Shown here: in pieces, positions 15,297 to 27,070 of the stretch
Layout of the letters: the number at the start of each line of letters is the position of its first letter
How positions within the stretch are numbered: the stretch's first letter is position 1
Translations under genes and position numbers: made by a program
Notes under the pieces: model-generated
The model's database searches: none
What the model was told of the DNA's origin: nothing
What the model saw: the letters and a program-made list of their open reading frames with translations, nothing else
Assembly: GCA_963823665.1 (NCBI GenBank)
Contig: CAWGMQ010000003.1
Span: 1,664,001 to 1,728,000 of the forward strand
Direction of reading: 5' to 3'
DNA: 64,000 nucleotides
Source: an uncultured Planctomycetota bacterium
Lineage (GTDB): Bacteria; Planctomycetota; Planctomycetia; Isosphaerales; Isosphaeraceae

Positions 15297-18194
15297 ATGG
15301 CTTACGGCACGTTGCTCTGGATCGCGGCTATTATCGCACTCCCTCAAGACCTGCCTGCAAAAAAGGCCGCGGACGCGCCACCATCGGCGACGACTAACCA
15401 ATCAGACCGCCTCAAAGAAGCGCGCCATCTCTTGCGCAACGGCCGATACGCCGAAGCCGAGGAAAAACTCAACGATCTCCGCGACCAGTCGAAAAAGACG
15501 CCCGACGGTCTGACTCCGGTATTACGCGTATCTCTCGCCCTCGACCTCGCCGAATGCCAGGCCAGCCAGGGCGAATATGCCAAGGCGATCGATGGCCTCA
15601 AGGCGGCTGAGCTCGAGAATGTCAAGAACGCCGACATCCCCGCGCGACTCGCCGATCTGCATCTCTGGCGCGGCGATTGGGAAGCGGCAGCAGCATCAGC
15701 AGCCCGTGCCGTCACCCGAGACCCCAATCACTTGCAGGCCCGCTTCGTTCAGGCACGGCTGCTCGAGTTGAAGGGCGATCTCGAGAAATCCGTCGACGCC
15801 TTCAAATGGTTCGTCGATCGCTACAACGAGAAGCAGGCCGAAATTGTTACATCGGCCGAGGCTCTGGTCCTGGTCGGTCAAGCCTCCGAACGCTACTACC
15901 GCGCCCGTGCCCTCGGCGAGGAGCTTGCCGACTCCTTGAATGCCGTGATCAACGATATCTATGAGGCGGCCGCTCGCGTCGACCCCAATTGCTGGCAGGC
16001 GCCCCTGCTCGAAGCGCGGCTTTTTCTCTCAGGCTACAACGAGCGGGCGGCCGTCAAGGAGCTCGCCCGCGCTCAGCAGATCAACCCGCTTTCACCCGAA
16101 GTCCTGGTCACGCTCGGCAATGCCGATCTCCAGGGCTACCGGTTGGCGGCGGGGCGCACCAAAGCCGAACGGGCGCTCGCCACCAACCCTCACTTTGCAC
16201 CGGCATTTGTGCTCCTGGCCGACCTCAATATCTCGGACGAGCGATTCCTCGACGCCAAGGCCGCCGCGCAGAAGGCCGTCGCCGAAAACCCGCGCGACGA
16301 AGACGCCCTGGCTCGGCTCGCGGCCTCATGTCGCTTACTCGTCGATCCCGTGGGCGCCGCCGCCGCCGAGGCTCGGGCGCTGACAAACAACCCTCGCCCG
16401 GCCACCTTCTACGCCGCCCTCGGCGAGCGCCTGGCCGATCGCCGCAAATACCCCTCCGCCGAACGGGCCTTCATCCTGGCCACGGCCGCTGACCCGTTGC
16501 GTGCCGACGCCCCCATCGGACTCGGCATGCTCTACATGCAGATCGGCCGCGAGGCCGAGGCCAAAAGCCTCTTCGACACCGCCTTCGCCGCCGACCCGTT
16601 CAACGTCCGCGCCTTGAACATGATCCGTGTGCTCAAACACATGGCCTCTTATTCCAGCATCGATTCCGCACACTTCAGCGTCGTGATCGATCCCACCCAG
16701 GATGAGCTCCTCGGCCGATACATGTCGAAATATCTCGAATCGGCCTACCCGAAGCTCACCAGCCGCTTCGGCTATGCACCGCCGGGAAAGACCAAGATCG
16801 AGATCCTCAAGGACCACCAGTGGTTCAGCGGCCGCACCCTCGGCCAGCGGTTCATCCCCACCGTCGGCGCCTGCACCGGCAAAGTCGTCGCGCTTGCGAG
16901 CCCGCGTGCAACCCGGGTACCGTTCAACTGGGCCAGAGTGCTCGCCCACGAAGTCGTCCACGTCATCACGTTGCAGCAAACCGAGTTCAATATCCCTCAC
17001 TGGTATACCGAGGCCCTCGCCGTCGAAAGCGAGGGCTTTCCCCGCCCCCAGGATTGGAACCGCCTCCTGCTCGAGCGAGTTCCCAAGCGAAACAAGCTCT
17101 TGAATCTCGATACGATCAACCTGGGGTTCATCCGCCCCAACGAGCCCGACGACCGGCAAATGGCCTACTGCCAGGCCCAGCTCTATGCCCGATACATGCT
17201 CAAACGATTCGGCTCTGACGCCCTCATCAAGATGCTCATGGCCTACCGCCGCGGGCTCTCCACCGACCTCGCCATCGCCGACAGCTTCCAAGTCGATAAG
17301 GCCGACTTCGAAAAAGGCTACCTGGCTTATCTGGACGACGTGATCAAGACGATTCGCACCCGCGTGAGCGAAGAGCCGGTGAAGTTCTCCGAGCTCGAGC
17401 GCAAGCTCAAAGAGAAACCGGAAGACCCCGACTTGAATGCCCAGATGGCCTACGAGCACTGGGCCCGTCGCGATCTCAAAGAGGCCCGCCCTTTCGCAGA
17501 TAAGGCTCTCGAGCTCAAACCGCACCACCCCCTGGCCAGCTACGTCAAGGCCCAGCTCTTGGTCACCATCGGCGACGAAGACGCGGCCCTGCAAATCCTC
17601 GAGCCGGCGCTCGACCCTCTTCACCCGAACGAGCGCGTGATCGACCTGCTCGGCGAGCTCTTGATGAAGGCCGGCCGCCTGGACGAATCCGAAAAACTCT
17701 ACGAAATCGCTCGCAAGGACGACCCGTTCCGCACCAAGTGGATCTCCTGGCTTGCGAGAATCCACCTCCGCCAGAAGAAGACAGAGCAGTTCCTTGCCGA
17801 TCTGGTCATGATCGCGTCGTTCGACGCCGACAACATCGACATCCGCCGCGAGCTGGCCGTCCGCTACCTCGCCGAGAACGACGGCGTCTCGGCCGAGAAG
17901 TGGGCCGGCGAGTGTCTGTACATCAACGTCTATGACGCCACGGTCCACGTCCTTCTGGCCGATGCGCAATGTATGCTCAAGAAATTCCCCCAGGCGGCCG
18001 AAGAGTACCAGACCGCGCTGACCTTGAAGCCCAAGCGGCCCGACGACATCAAGGTCAAGCTCGCCCGCGCCCTCTTGGGCTCCGGCCACAAAGACCAGGC
18101 CAGGGCAACCCTCGAAGAGGTCTTGAAGACAGACCCGGACCATCCCGAGGGCAAGGCGCTCAAGTCGGAGATGGAGCAAACCAAGAACGGGTAG
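15297..18194 (+). CDS. Exported TPR protein with central zincin (peptidase MA-like) domain
   Basis: Signal peptide, many TPR-like helices, LAHEVVHV (HExxH) followed by PHWYTEALA. Confidence 0.85.
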   Translation: MAYGTLLWIAAIIALPQDLPAKKAADAPPSATTNQSDRLKEARHLLRNGRYAEAEEKLNDLRDQSKKTPDGLTPVLRVSLALDLAECQASQGEYAKAIDGLKAAELENVKNADIPARLADLHLWRGDWEAAAASAARAVTRDPNHLQARFVQARLLELKGDLEKSVDAFKWFVDRYNEKQAEIVTSAEALVLVGQASERYYRARALGEELADSLNAVINDIYEAAARVDPNCWQAPLLEARLFLSGYNERAAVKELARAQQINPLSPEVLVTLGNADLQGYRLAAGRTKAERALATNPHFAPAFVLLADLNISDERFLDAKAAAQKAVAENPRDEDALARLAASCRLLVDPVGAAAAEARALTNNPRPATFYAALGERLADRRKYPSAERAFILATAADPLRADAPIGLGMLYMQIGREAEAKSLFDTAFAADPFNVRALNMIRVLKHMASYSSIDSAHFSVVIDPTQDELLGRYMSKYLESAYPKLTSRFGYAPPGKTKIEILKDHQWFSGRTLGQRFIPTVGACTGKVVALASPRATRVPFNWARVLAHEVVHVITLQQTEFNIPHWYTEALAVESEGFPRPQDWNRLLLERVPKRNKLLNLDTINLGFIRPNEPDDRQMAYCQAQLYARYMLKRFGSDALIKMLMAYRRGLSTDLAIADSFQVDKADFEKGYLAYLDDVIKTIRTRVSEEPVKFSELERKLKEKPEDPDLNAQMAYEHWARRDLKEARPFADKALELKPHHPLASYVKAQLLVTIGDEDAALQILEPALDPLHPNERVIDLLGELLMKAGRLDESEKLYEIARKDDPFRTKWISWLARIHLRQKKTEQFLADLVMIASFDADNIDIRRELAVRYLAENDGVSAEKWAGECLYINVYDATVHVLLADAQCMLKKFPQAAEEYQTALTLKPKRPDDIKVKLARALLGSGHKDQARATLEEVLKTDPDHPEGKALKSEMEQTKNG

Positions 18195-18207
18195 ACGGAA
18201 CAAGTAT

Positions 18208-19534
18208 ATGTCCGCGGCCTTCACCGTCCTCTCGATCGGATCGTGCCTCTGCCTCGCTCCCGATTCCAATGCAGCGCCACCAGGGCCGTGCTCCCAACGT
18301 CGTGCTGGTGATCGCCGACGATATGGGCTACCGCGACTATGGTTTTATGGGCCACCGCCAGGTCCAGACGCCCCGGCTCGACCGCCTCGCGCGCGAGAGC
18401 CTGACCTTTCGCCGCGGTTACGTCACCAGCAGTCTCTGCTCTCCCAGCCTGGCGAGCATCCTGACCGGGCGCTATCCCCACCAGCATAAGATCACCAGCA
18501 ATGACCCTCCCCTGCCCCCCGGAGTTCCCGCCGCCGCCGCCGCGCAGCATCCGGCGTTCCTCGCTTCGCGGCGCGAGATGATCCGTCCGTTTGACGATCT
18601 GCCGGCCCTGCCGCGAATTCTTGCCTCATCCGGCTACTTGAGCTTCCAGGCCGGCAAGTGGTGGGGCGGCTCATACTCACGCGGCGGGTTCACGCACGGA
18701 ATGACGCACGGAGACCCGGCTCGCGGCGGACGCCACGGTGACCTCGGCCTCGCCATCGGCCGGCAGGGCATGCAGCCGGTCTTCGACTTCATTCGCATGG
18801 CCCAGGAGCGCCGGGCGCCGTTCTTCCTCTGGTACGCGCCCATGATGCCGCACTCGCCCCACAATCCGCCGCAGCGGTTCCTCGACAAGTACCGCGGCAC
18901 CGCACCCACGCTCGAAGTCGCCAGGTACTGGGCGATGTGCGAGTGGTTCGACGAGACCTGCGGACAGTTGCTCGACTTCCTCGACGACCGAAAAATAGCC
19001 GGCAACACCATCGTGGTCTTCCTCGCGGACAACGGTTGGATTCAGGACCCTGCCGCCGATCGCTATGCACCGCGGTCGAAGCAATCTCCCTACGACGGCG
19101 GCCTGCGAACCCCGATCTTGATTCGATGGCCCTCCAGGGTCGCGCCGCGGAATTGTGAAGATCTGGCGAGCGCATTCGACATCGCCCCGACCATTTTGAA
19201 GGCAGTGGGCCTGGAACCCGCAAGCGACTTGCAGGGTGTCAACTTGCTCGACCCACAGGCCCTCGCCGCCCGCACCGCCATCTTCGGCGAGATCTTCACG
19301 CATAACGCCGTCAACCTGGGCGATCCCGCCAGGAGCCTGCGCTACCGTTGGATCGTCTCCGGCGACTGGAAGCTGATCGTCCCTGAACGCAGAAACGAGC
19401 CAACCGAAACCGTCGAGCTCTTCGACATCGCCCACGACCCGGACGAGAAACGAAACCTGGCTCGGGAGCACCCGCAAAGAGTGATGGAGCTCTCGGCCCG
19501 ACTCGAAAAGTGGTGGCCGGCCCAAGAGCACTGA
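18208..19534 (+). CDS. Sulfatase family protein (N-terminal frameshift near 18285)
   Basis: PNVVLVIADDMG, LCSPSLASILTG, FLADNG, YDGGLRTP. Confidence 0.9.
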
Positions 19535-19541
19535 TTCTCAC

Positions 19542-20102
19542 TTACGCCGGCAATCCCGCTTTGCCAAACAGATCTTTCACCGAGAGTCGAAATCCAGGCA
19601 GGATCGGCCCTCCATCGACCTCGTCCGCCTGCCCGAGCACTCTGACAGCCGTCGGCGAATCATAAACGTAAACTTTGTACTGGCGAGGATAAATGACCCA
19701 GACCTGCCGCACTCCGGCCGTGAAGTACTCTTCTAACTTTTCGGCCACTCCGTCCGCGCTGTTCGTAAGACTGATAATCTCCACCGCCAGGTCTGGAATG
19801 ACCGCCCATGAACGTGTCTGGGGTATGCCCCGGTCCTGCCCCCACCGCTGGAATGAAACAAATGCGACGTCCGGCCGGCGCTCCCGGTCGACATGAGGCC
19901 GGAGGTCAAAGATCATTTCCTGAACGACCCGACCACACGGATTGGTCTGGTTAAACGGGTCCAAAGATCCGAAGAGCACAGAGGCGAGCCAGCACTCGTA
20001 TGCACCCATCTGCTTCTCCACGATGCGGCCGGCCACGACTTCGTATGGACCTTCTGGCTCGTTTTGATCCGTAAGGCTCTCGATTAAATCAACCGTCGAC
20101 AT
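19542..20102 (-). CDS. Uma2 family endonuclease
   Basis: RRPDVAFVS, PDLAVEIIS, KLEEYF..GVRQVWVIYP. Confidence 0.92.
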   Translation of the reverse strand: MSTVDLIESLTDQNEPEGPYEVVAGRIVEKQMGAYECWLASVLFGSLDPFNQTNPCGRVVQEMIFDLRPHVDRERRPDVAFVSFQRWGQDRGIPQTRSWAVIPDLAVEIISLTNSADGVAEKLEEYFTAGVRQVWVIYPRQYKVYVYDSPTAVRVLGQADEVDGGPILPGFRLSVKDLFGKAGLPA

Positions 20103-20532
20103 GGCATAGCCTCACGCGAGGAGAGACATGACCGCCTTTCGGCATGATTATACCTCGAAAGATCGTACGATTCACGTGAGATCGCGCCGTTCGCGGAGAC
20201 TACCCCCAGAAATGTCACGTTCCAGCGGTTCAGCAACAGGTCCGGAGACCCCCGTCCGCGCCGATTATGGTCGCACGCCAATCGGGTAACGTGATAAGAT
20301 GATTCCACGAACCACCAGCCCCGGTCCGCCGTAACCTTGACAGCTTTCACCGCTCACCGGATGATCTTACAAATGTACGGTGAGATCGAACTGGGGATCG
20401 CCGGCCCGGGCCGCCGCCGGCAGCGCGATCAATATCGGTCAAGCCCGCGCGAATAACCGCCATCGAGCCTGGGGCGAGAATGTCCAAGAAGAGGGATCGG
20501 CAATCACCATGAAAGTCCAACGGGATCCCAGC

Positions 20533-22842
20533 ATGAAGACCGCGAACACGTCCGGTTTCTTGCGTCGGTGGCCGATCCTTTGGCTCGCCTTGCTTGCGGC
20601 GATTGGCCCTGCCGGCGCGTTCGCCGCCGCACCGGCCAAGATCGAGGTCGAGAACATCCGGGTCGGCTTCGACGTGCCCGGGAAAGGGTCAAACACATTC
20701 AAGATCGGCACCTGGACGCCGGTGTGGGTACAGCTTCGGGCAGGCCCGGAGCGTTTCAGCGGGTTCATGGAAGTTCTGGTCCACGACGATGACGGCACAC
20801 CCGTGGCCTATCGCATGCCGGTCGAAGTAGGAGCAAACAAGAGCGAGCGTTTCACCGCGTACGTGCGCCCGGGCGCGCGCGAGCCCGAAATCTCGATCAA
20901 CCTGTTCGACTCAAACGGCAGGCGCGCCGGCGGTGCTTCCCAGGACGCCGCGATGCCGCAGGGTCCCGAAGCGATCATGCCGAGTGAAAACCTGATCCTC
21001 ACCTTCGGCCGTCCCCAGGGTGTCGAAACCATGGTCGACCTGCCCGGGTTCAAGGTCGCCACCAGGGGCCCGAACAACGCCAGCGTCGAAGAGATTATCA
21101 CCGCAAGGATTGATGCACAATCCGGCTTGCTCCCCGGCCGATGGTACGGGTATGACGCGGCCCGAGCCATCGTCCTCGACACCAATGACCGCCAGGTCCT
21201 CTCGGCACTCGATGCTCTGCGCGGCCGTCCGCTGGTCGATTGGGTCGAGCGCGGCGGGCACCTGGTCATTGCCGTCGGTGCCAACTGGCAGATCGTGCGC
21301 GACAGCGTGCTGGCACCGATCCTTCCCGGCCTGCCGAGCGGCCAGGAGCGGGTGACATCGCTCGAGGCGCTCGATCACTTCGCAGGCTCGACCAAGCAGA
21401 TCACACCACCCGGCACCGGCTCCGCCCCGGTGATGGTAACCAGGCTCGAGGAGGTGAAAGAGCGAGGAGGCACGGTCCTGGCGGCCGTGACGTCGAGCCT
21501 GCCTCTGGTCGTCCGCGGCTCGCATGGCTTCGGCCGCGTGACCCTGATCACGATCGACGTCGACCAGAAGCCTTTCTCCGACTGGCCCGACCGCTCGCTC
21601 TTCTGGATCAAGGCCCTGGACCTCAGGCGCCCGCCGGTCGACACCACCGGTGGCGGCGGCCCGCCCACGCCTGGGCGCTGGTGGGGCGTTTCCGACCTCT
21701 CCAGTCAGCTCCGCGCCGCGCTCGAGCAGTTTCCCGGAGTGAAGCTCATTCCCTTCGGATGGGTTGCCTTCTTCATCTTTCTCTACATCCTCTTGATCGG
21801 CCCGGGCGATTACTTCTTCTTGAAGAAAGTGCTCAAGCGGATGGAGCTCACGTGGATCACGTTCCCGACAATCGTGCTGACTGTGAGCCTCGTGGCCTAT
21901 TACGCCGCCTACGTCCTCAAGGGAAACGACCTGCTGGTCAACAAGGTCGATCTGGTCGACATCGACCAGGAAGCGGGTTTCGCCCGCGGCAACACCTGGA
22001 TCAGCCTTTTCAGCCCTCAGAATCGTGACTACACCATCCACGCGATCCCGACTCCCCTGAATTCGGAAGATTCAGGCGCGACGGCAGCTTCCAGCGGCGA
22101 AACACCCCGCGCACCGGCCGGCACCGAAGTCGTGATGAGCTGGTTCAGCTCCCCCGAAGATTCGATTCGGCGCCATGGGAAACTCGAGCCGCCGGTTCAG
22201 CTTCAGCGGCAGCGGCTATGCGTACGAACCCCCCGGAGGAGTCGAATTCCTGGAAAACGTGCGCATCCCGATCTGGAGCACAAAATGCATCACCGCCCAG
22301 TGGTTCGGTCCCGCCGCGCCCCTGGTCGAATCGGACTTGCAGCCAGGCCGGAACCGACCGCGTCGAGGGCACCGTCACGAACCGTCAGACCATTCCGCTT
22401 GAAGATGCCGTGCTCGCCTACGGCAAAGACGGTCTACGTCCTGGGTAACTTGAGCCCCGGAAGCTTCGGTGCGCGTTGAGCTGGCCACCCAGCGGAATCT
22501 GTCGGGCCACCTCAAGGCCAAGGCCCACAGTTACACGTCTGAACAGCAGTGGAACCGCGACAGCTTCAAGATCGACCGCTCCGAGCTGCTTGCAGGCGAT
22601 GATGTTCCACGACAGCGAGGTCGCACCGACTAACGAGCGCGTGCTGGGCAACGGCCCGCTGCACCGTCTCGACCTCTCCGGTCAACTCGCCCTGGAGCCG
22701 CCCGATGCTGGTCGCCCGCATCAATCGCCACCGGGGCTCGTCTCGTGCTCGAAAAGGCTCCCTCGCCGCCCAGAGATCGATCAATTGACGTTGGTCCGAC
22801 TCATTCTTCCGCATCAAGAAATCTCAAGGCACACCGCGATGA
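20533..22842 (+). CDS. Large exported/membrane protein of an ABC locus (frameshifts after about 22170)
   Basis: Signal peptide, FKIGTWTPVWV, WVERGGHLV, TM segment FLYILLIGPGDYFFLKK; stop appears to overlap the ABC ATPase ATG. Confidence 0.7.
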
Positions 22843-23767
22843 TCGAAACCCACGACCTGACGAAGATGTACGGTGAGCTTTACGCTCTCAACCGGCTGAA
22901 CCTCACCCTGCAGCAAGGCGATGTCTACGGATTCATCGGCCCCAACGGCGCGGGCAAGACCACGACGATGCGCATTCTGGCCACGCTCTTGAACCCCTCC
23001 TGGGGCGAGGCCACCGTCTGCGGCTATTCGATCTACACCGGGTCGAAGGAGATCCGCCGCGTCATCGGTTACATGCCCGACTTCTTCGGCGTCTACGACG
23101 ATATGAAGGTCGTCGAATATCTCGAGTTCTTCGCCTCCGCCTATCGCATCAAGGGGGCCGCCCGCGAGAAGATCTGCGAGGAGGTTCTCGAGCTCGTCGA
23201 CCTCACCTACAAGCGCGATGCGCTCGTCACCAGCCTCTCCCGCGGCATGACCCAGCGACTGGGCCTGGCCCGCACCCTCCTGCACGATCCCCAGGTCCTG
23301 CTCCTGGACGAGCCCGCCTCCGGGCTTGATCCCGCGCGCACGAATCGAAATGCGTGCGTTGCTCAAAGAGCTGCGGAACATGGGCAAGACGATCCTGGTC
23401 TCCAGCCACATCCTCCCCGAGCTGGCGGATATCTGCAACAAGATCGGCATCATCGAGCAGGGCTGCCTGCTCGTCAATGGCGAGGTGAGCGAGGTCATGA
23501 AGCAGGTCCGCACCGACATCGTCTTGAACGTCGCCGTCGCCGAACGCCTCACCGACGCCGCCGGCATGCTCGAAAACCAGCCCGAGGTCGAGAGCGTTCA
23601 AGACAAGAACGGCGTCTTGATCGTCAAGCTCAACGAGGGCGTCTCCCAGTACGGCTTCCTGGCCAATCGCCTGGTCGAGCAAGGGCTACGAGCTCACCCT
23701 CTTCAAGGAAGACGAGATCAACCTCGAGACCGCGTTCATGCACCTGACCAAGGGAATCACGAGTTGA
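22839..23767 (+). CDS. ABC transporter ATP-binding protein (frameshifts near 23335 and 23683)
   Basis: GPNGAGKTT, LSRGM, LLLDEPASGLDP, VSSHIL. Confidence 0.9.
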
Positions 23768-24236
23768 CTCGTGAAACGCCGGCGACGTCACATCATTCAA
23801 TCATAATATATGATCCGTGCGTCCGTAGAATCGCTACAGTCGAGCGAATGCGATTCTTCGGAACGTCGGAAGTTCCCACCGAGCTACCGGTCCGAGAGTG
23901 GCGCGGCTAAGATGAACCGGAAGGGTCTCCTCGACTTGAGTCACCTCGCCTTCGTCACGCCCTTCCATTCAAATTGATCCGTTTCTCGGCCCGATCTCCA
24001 CGAGAAAGGCGCCGCGATGGTCTAGACTGCCGGATAATTCATGCACACAATGATGTGCGATTTCGTGACTGCATCTTGAGCCCGTTTTTGGCCTGGGTCG
24101 CTCTTGAACTGTGGGACCTCGCCGGCAAGCCGGCATCAGGTGCCCGAAGGATCGAGAAGTCTTGTAGTGAGATATAACAGGGTGAATTGATCGGTCCCTG
24201 GTGTCGGCGTCAGGGCTCAACTGGAGGGGTAAGTCG

Positions 24237-26837
24237 ATGCTCGAATTCTCGCAGCGCGCGTCAACGAACCGGGAGAAGGATCATCGCCGCGGGCTCCGCC
24301 GGCGGCACAGGTCTGCCATGAGGGGCCGGCGAGCGCACCTTCCTGGTCTCGAGGCGTTGGAAGTCCGAATCACACCGTCAACGGCAACCTGGACGGGTGC
24401 GGGAAGCAACTCGAACTGGATGACCGGCGCGAACTGGTCCTCCGGCATGGCGCCGCAAATCGATGATGCTCTTAACTTTCCGGCCGGCGCGACCAGCCTC
24501 AATTCGGTCGACGATTTCCCGGCGGGCACCAGCTTTGCTTCGATCGCGTTGGGCGCGCCTGGTTACACGTTGTCGGGCAACGCCGTGGATCTCACGGGGG
24601 GGATCAGTGCGACTTATTCGTCGGGCTCGTCGACGAGTATGATCCCGACGGAGCTCGGCGGCGGGACTGTATCGATCGCGACAGGCGGCCAGCTCAACCT
24701 TGACGGCGTGATCTCCGGTTCTGCCGGCCTGGCAGCCTCGGGTGGCGGCACGCTCGACCTCGAGGTTGCCAACACCTACACCGGTTTGACGACCATCAGC
24801 GGATCCGGGACGACCGTCTTGGTCGACGGCACGATCGGCGCGGTGCAGGTCAATGCAGGTAGCGTGCTGGGCGGCATCGGCACGGTCGGCGACGTGACCA
24901 GCAACGGAGGGACCATCAGCCCAGGCGACAGTCCGGGAGTTTTGAATTCGGGTAGCCTGACTCTCGACAGTAATTCGACGTTCCTGGCCGAGCTTGACGG
25001 CACCACACCCGGCAACGGGACCACGGGATACGACCAGGTGGTCGCCAGCGGAGCGATCAACCTGGGCGGGGCCAATTTGAGTGCGTCGCTCGGCGGCGGC
25101 TACACGCCGACGCTCGGCGACCAGTTGACGATTATCCAGAACACGAGCGGTTCGGCCATCACCGGCGCGTTCGCCCTGCTTCCCGAGGGGAGCGCCGTCA
25201 CGATCTCCGGGTCTCTGTTCCGGATCACATACCAGGGAGGTTTCAGCCAGCAAGATGTGGTCCTGACCTCCGTGGCGGCGACCACGTCGACCACGATCAT
25301 GGCCTCCGTGCCGACCTCAGTCTACGGCCAGCCGGTCACGTTCACGGCCCAGGTCACGGGCTCTCAGGCGACCCCGACTGGCACCGTGGCATTTTACGAC
25401 GGGACCCCGGCCGCCGGAGGAACCGTTATCGCCAGCCAACCGCTCGACGGGCAAGGCATGGCCTCCATCACGACGTCGGCGATCGGGGTCGCAGGCTCGC
25501 CGCATCAGATCTATGCGGTGTATATCCCGGAAGCCTCGAGCACATACGCCGGCAGCACATCGCGGCCCGCTACGTTGACAATCACTCCGGTCACCATCAG
25601 CGTCACGGACGTTGCTGCGGAGAACAAGATCTACGACAGCACGGCGATCGGCACACTCGATCTCGGCTCGGCAGTCCTCTCCGGCGTGATAAACGGCGAC
25701 CAGGTCACCCTGAACCCATTGGGGTATACTGCCAACTTCAACAATCCGAACGCCGGTAGTGGCAAGCCGGTCACGGTAACCGGCCTATCGCTCTTGGGCA
25801 GCGGTGCAACCAACTATGTCCTCGCACAGCCGACCGGCCTCACGGCGACGATTGCCCCGGCACCGCTGACCTTGCAAGCGAACAACCTCGCGATGAACAG
25901 CGGCCAGCCGGTACCCACCCTTACCTTCTCCGCCTCAGGCCTGGTCGGTTCCGACACAACGACGACCGCCTTCACGACGCCGCCAACCTTGACAACCACG
26001 GCGACGTCAACAAGTCCCGCGGGCGTGTATCCGATCAATATCAGCGGCGGCGTCGCGCCTAACTATACGATCACCCAGTACATACCGGGCACGCTGACCG
26101 TCAGCGTCTCGGACGCCACCACAACGACCTTGACCAGCTCGGTTAACCCCGCCGTGGGTGGTCAGCCGGTGACATTCATCGCAACCGTCTCGCCAGCCAG
26201 TCCCGCTGCGGGCACTCCCACCGGCCTGGTCATCTTCACCGCCAATGGTACCCCGATAGGCGAAGCCACGGTCGATCCCTCGACCGGCTTGGCGTCGATC
26301 ACGACCTCGACACTCCCCTTGGGCGCCTCGACCATCATCGCGGCCTACTCGGGCGACTCCGTGTTCCAGCCCAGTCAATCCGCCCCCGGCACGCAGTTCG
26401 TTACCACCGCAGGCACGCAGCCGATCGTGACGGCCGTTGCCGTCCGGAACCGGCTTGGCCGGCTCATCGCCGTGGACCTGGTGGCGCAGGTCGTGGTCTC
26501 GGCGCCGGGCGGCGGCGTGCCTATCGGCACGGTGACTTTTTTCCTTGGCACGTCCAACTATAAGTCGGTCTTGCTCAAGAACGGCACGGCCGTCTTGAAA
26601 CGCGCACCGTCGCAGGTGTTCGGGCATTTCGTTTTCGCGCGATACAATGGTGATCCCACCCACCAGTCGAGCTTTTCGAACAGCCAGGTCATCACGAGAC
26701 GGAGTTTGGCGAAGTCGACCCGGGTGGTAACCGCGGTTTCGTTGAATGGTCACGACCGGACGGAGTCGCCCCGCGGTCACTCTTTGCTCGCGCGAATCGC
26801 AGCAGCCGTAAGCCGGCCTCATCGACAGCAATCGTGA
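24237..26837 (+). CDS. Planctomycete-type exported adhesin-like protein (beta-strand repeats, Ig-like, YDG/MBG-like domains)
   Basis: LEALEVRITPS leader; ANTYTGLTTI; SVYGQPVTFTA; NKIYDST; GVYPI..SGG...NY. Confidence 0.85.
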   Translation: MLEFSQRASTNREKDHRRGLRRRHRSAMRGRRAHLPGLEALEVRITPSTATWTGAGSNSNWMTGANWSSGMAPQIDDALNFPAGATSLNSVDDFPAGTSFASIALGAPGYTLSGNAVDLTGGISATYSSGSSTSMIPTELGGGTVSIATGGQLNLDGVISGSAGLAASGGGTLDLEVANTYTGLTTISGSGTTVLVDGTIGAVQVNAGSVLGGIGTVGDVTSNGGTISPGDSPGVLNSGSLTLDSNSTFLAELDGTTPGNGTTGYDQVVASGAINLGGANLSASLGGGYTPTLGDQLTIIQNTSGSAITGAFALLPEGSAVTISGSLFRITYQGGFSQQDVVLTSVAATTSTTIMASVPTSVYGQPVTFTAQVTGSQATPTGTVAFYDGTPAAGGTVIASQPLDGQGMASITTSAIGVAGSPHQIYAVYIPEASSTYAGSTSRPATLTITPVTISVTDVAAENKIYDSTAIGTLDLGSAVLSGVINGDQVTLNPLGYTANFNNPNAGSGKPVTVTGLSLLGSGATNYVLAQPTGLTATIAPAPLTLQANNLAMNSGQPVPTLTFSASGLVGSDTTTTAFTTPPTLTTTATSTSPAGVYPINISGGVAPNYTITQYIPGTLTVSVSDATTTTLTSSVNPAVGGQPVTFIATVSPASPAAGTPTGLVIFTANGTPIGEATVDPSTGLASITTSTLPLGASTIIAAYSGDSVFQPSQSAPGTQFVTTAGTQPIVTAVAVRNRLGRLIAVDLVAQVVVSAPGGGVPIGTVTFFLGTSNYKSVLLKNGTAVLKRAPSQVFGHFVFARYNGDPTHQSSFSNSQVITRRSLAKSTRVVTAVSLNGHDRTESPRGHSLLARIAAAVSRPHRQQS

Positions 26838-27070
26838 GATCCCGGCAGGAAGGCACGCGATCTTTGGTCGGCGCAGGCCTGATGCCAGACAGAAACGACA
26901 CCGCACGCCGCCGGGATGCCGGAGCGTGCGGTGCTGGCTGCGTTTTCAGCATTCCTGAGATCATGTTCTGATCGAGCGCTGCCGCTTGTGCCGAGGATCT
27001 CTTGCCCACGCTCGATCGTTTGTCGATCAGGGGCGAGGCCCTCGCCACCAGCATTCGGGAATCGCACGAC

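Noticed and set aside
16335..18269. 644-aa minus-strand ORF and similar long antisense ORFs (1243-2019, 20911-22041, 29263-30363, 60040-61170)
   Set aside because: Shadow frames opposite well-supported genes, expected in high-GC DNA; no recognisable motifs
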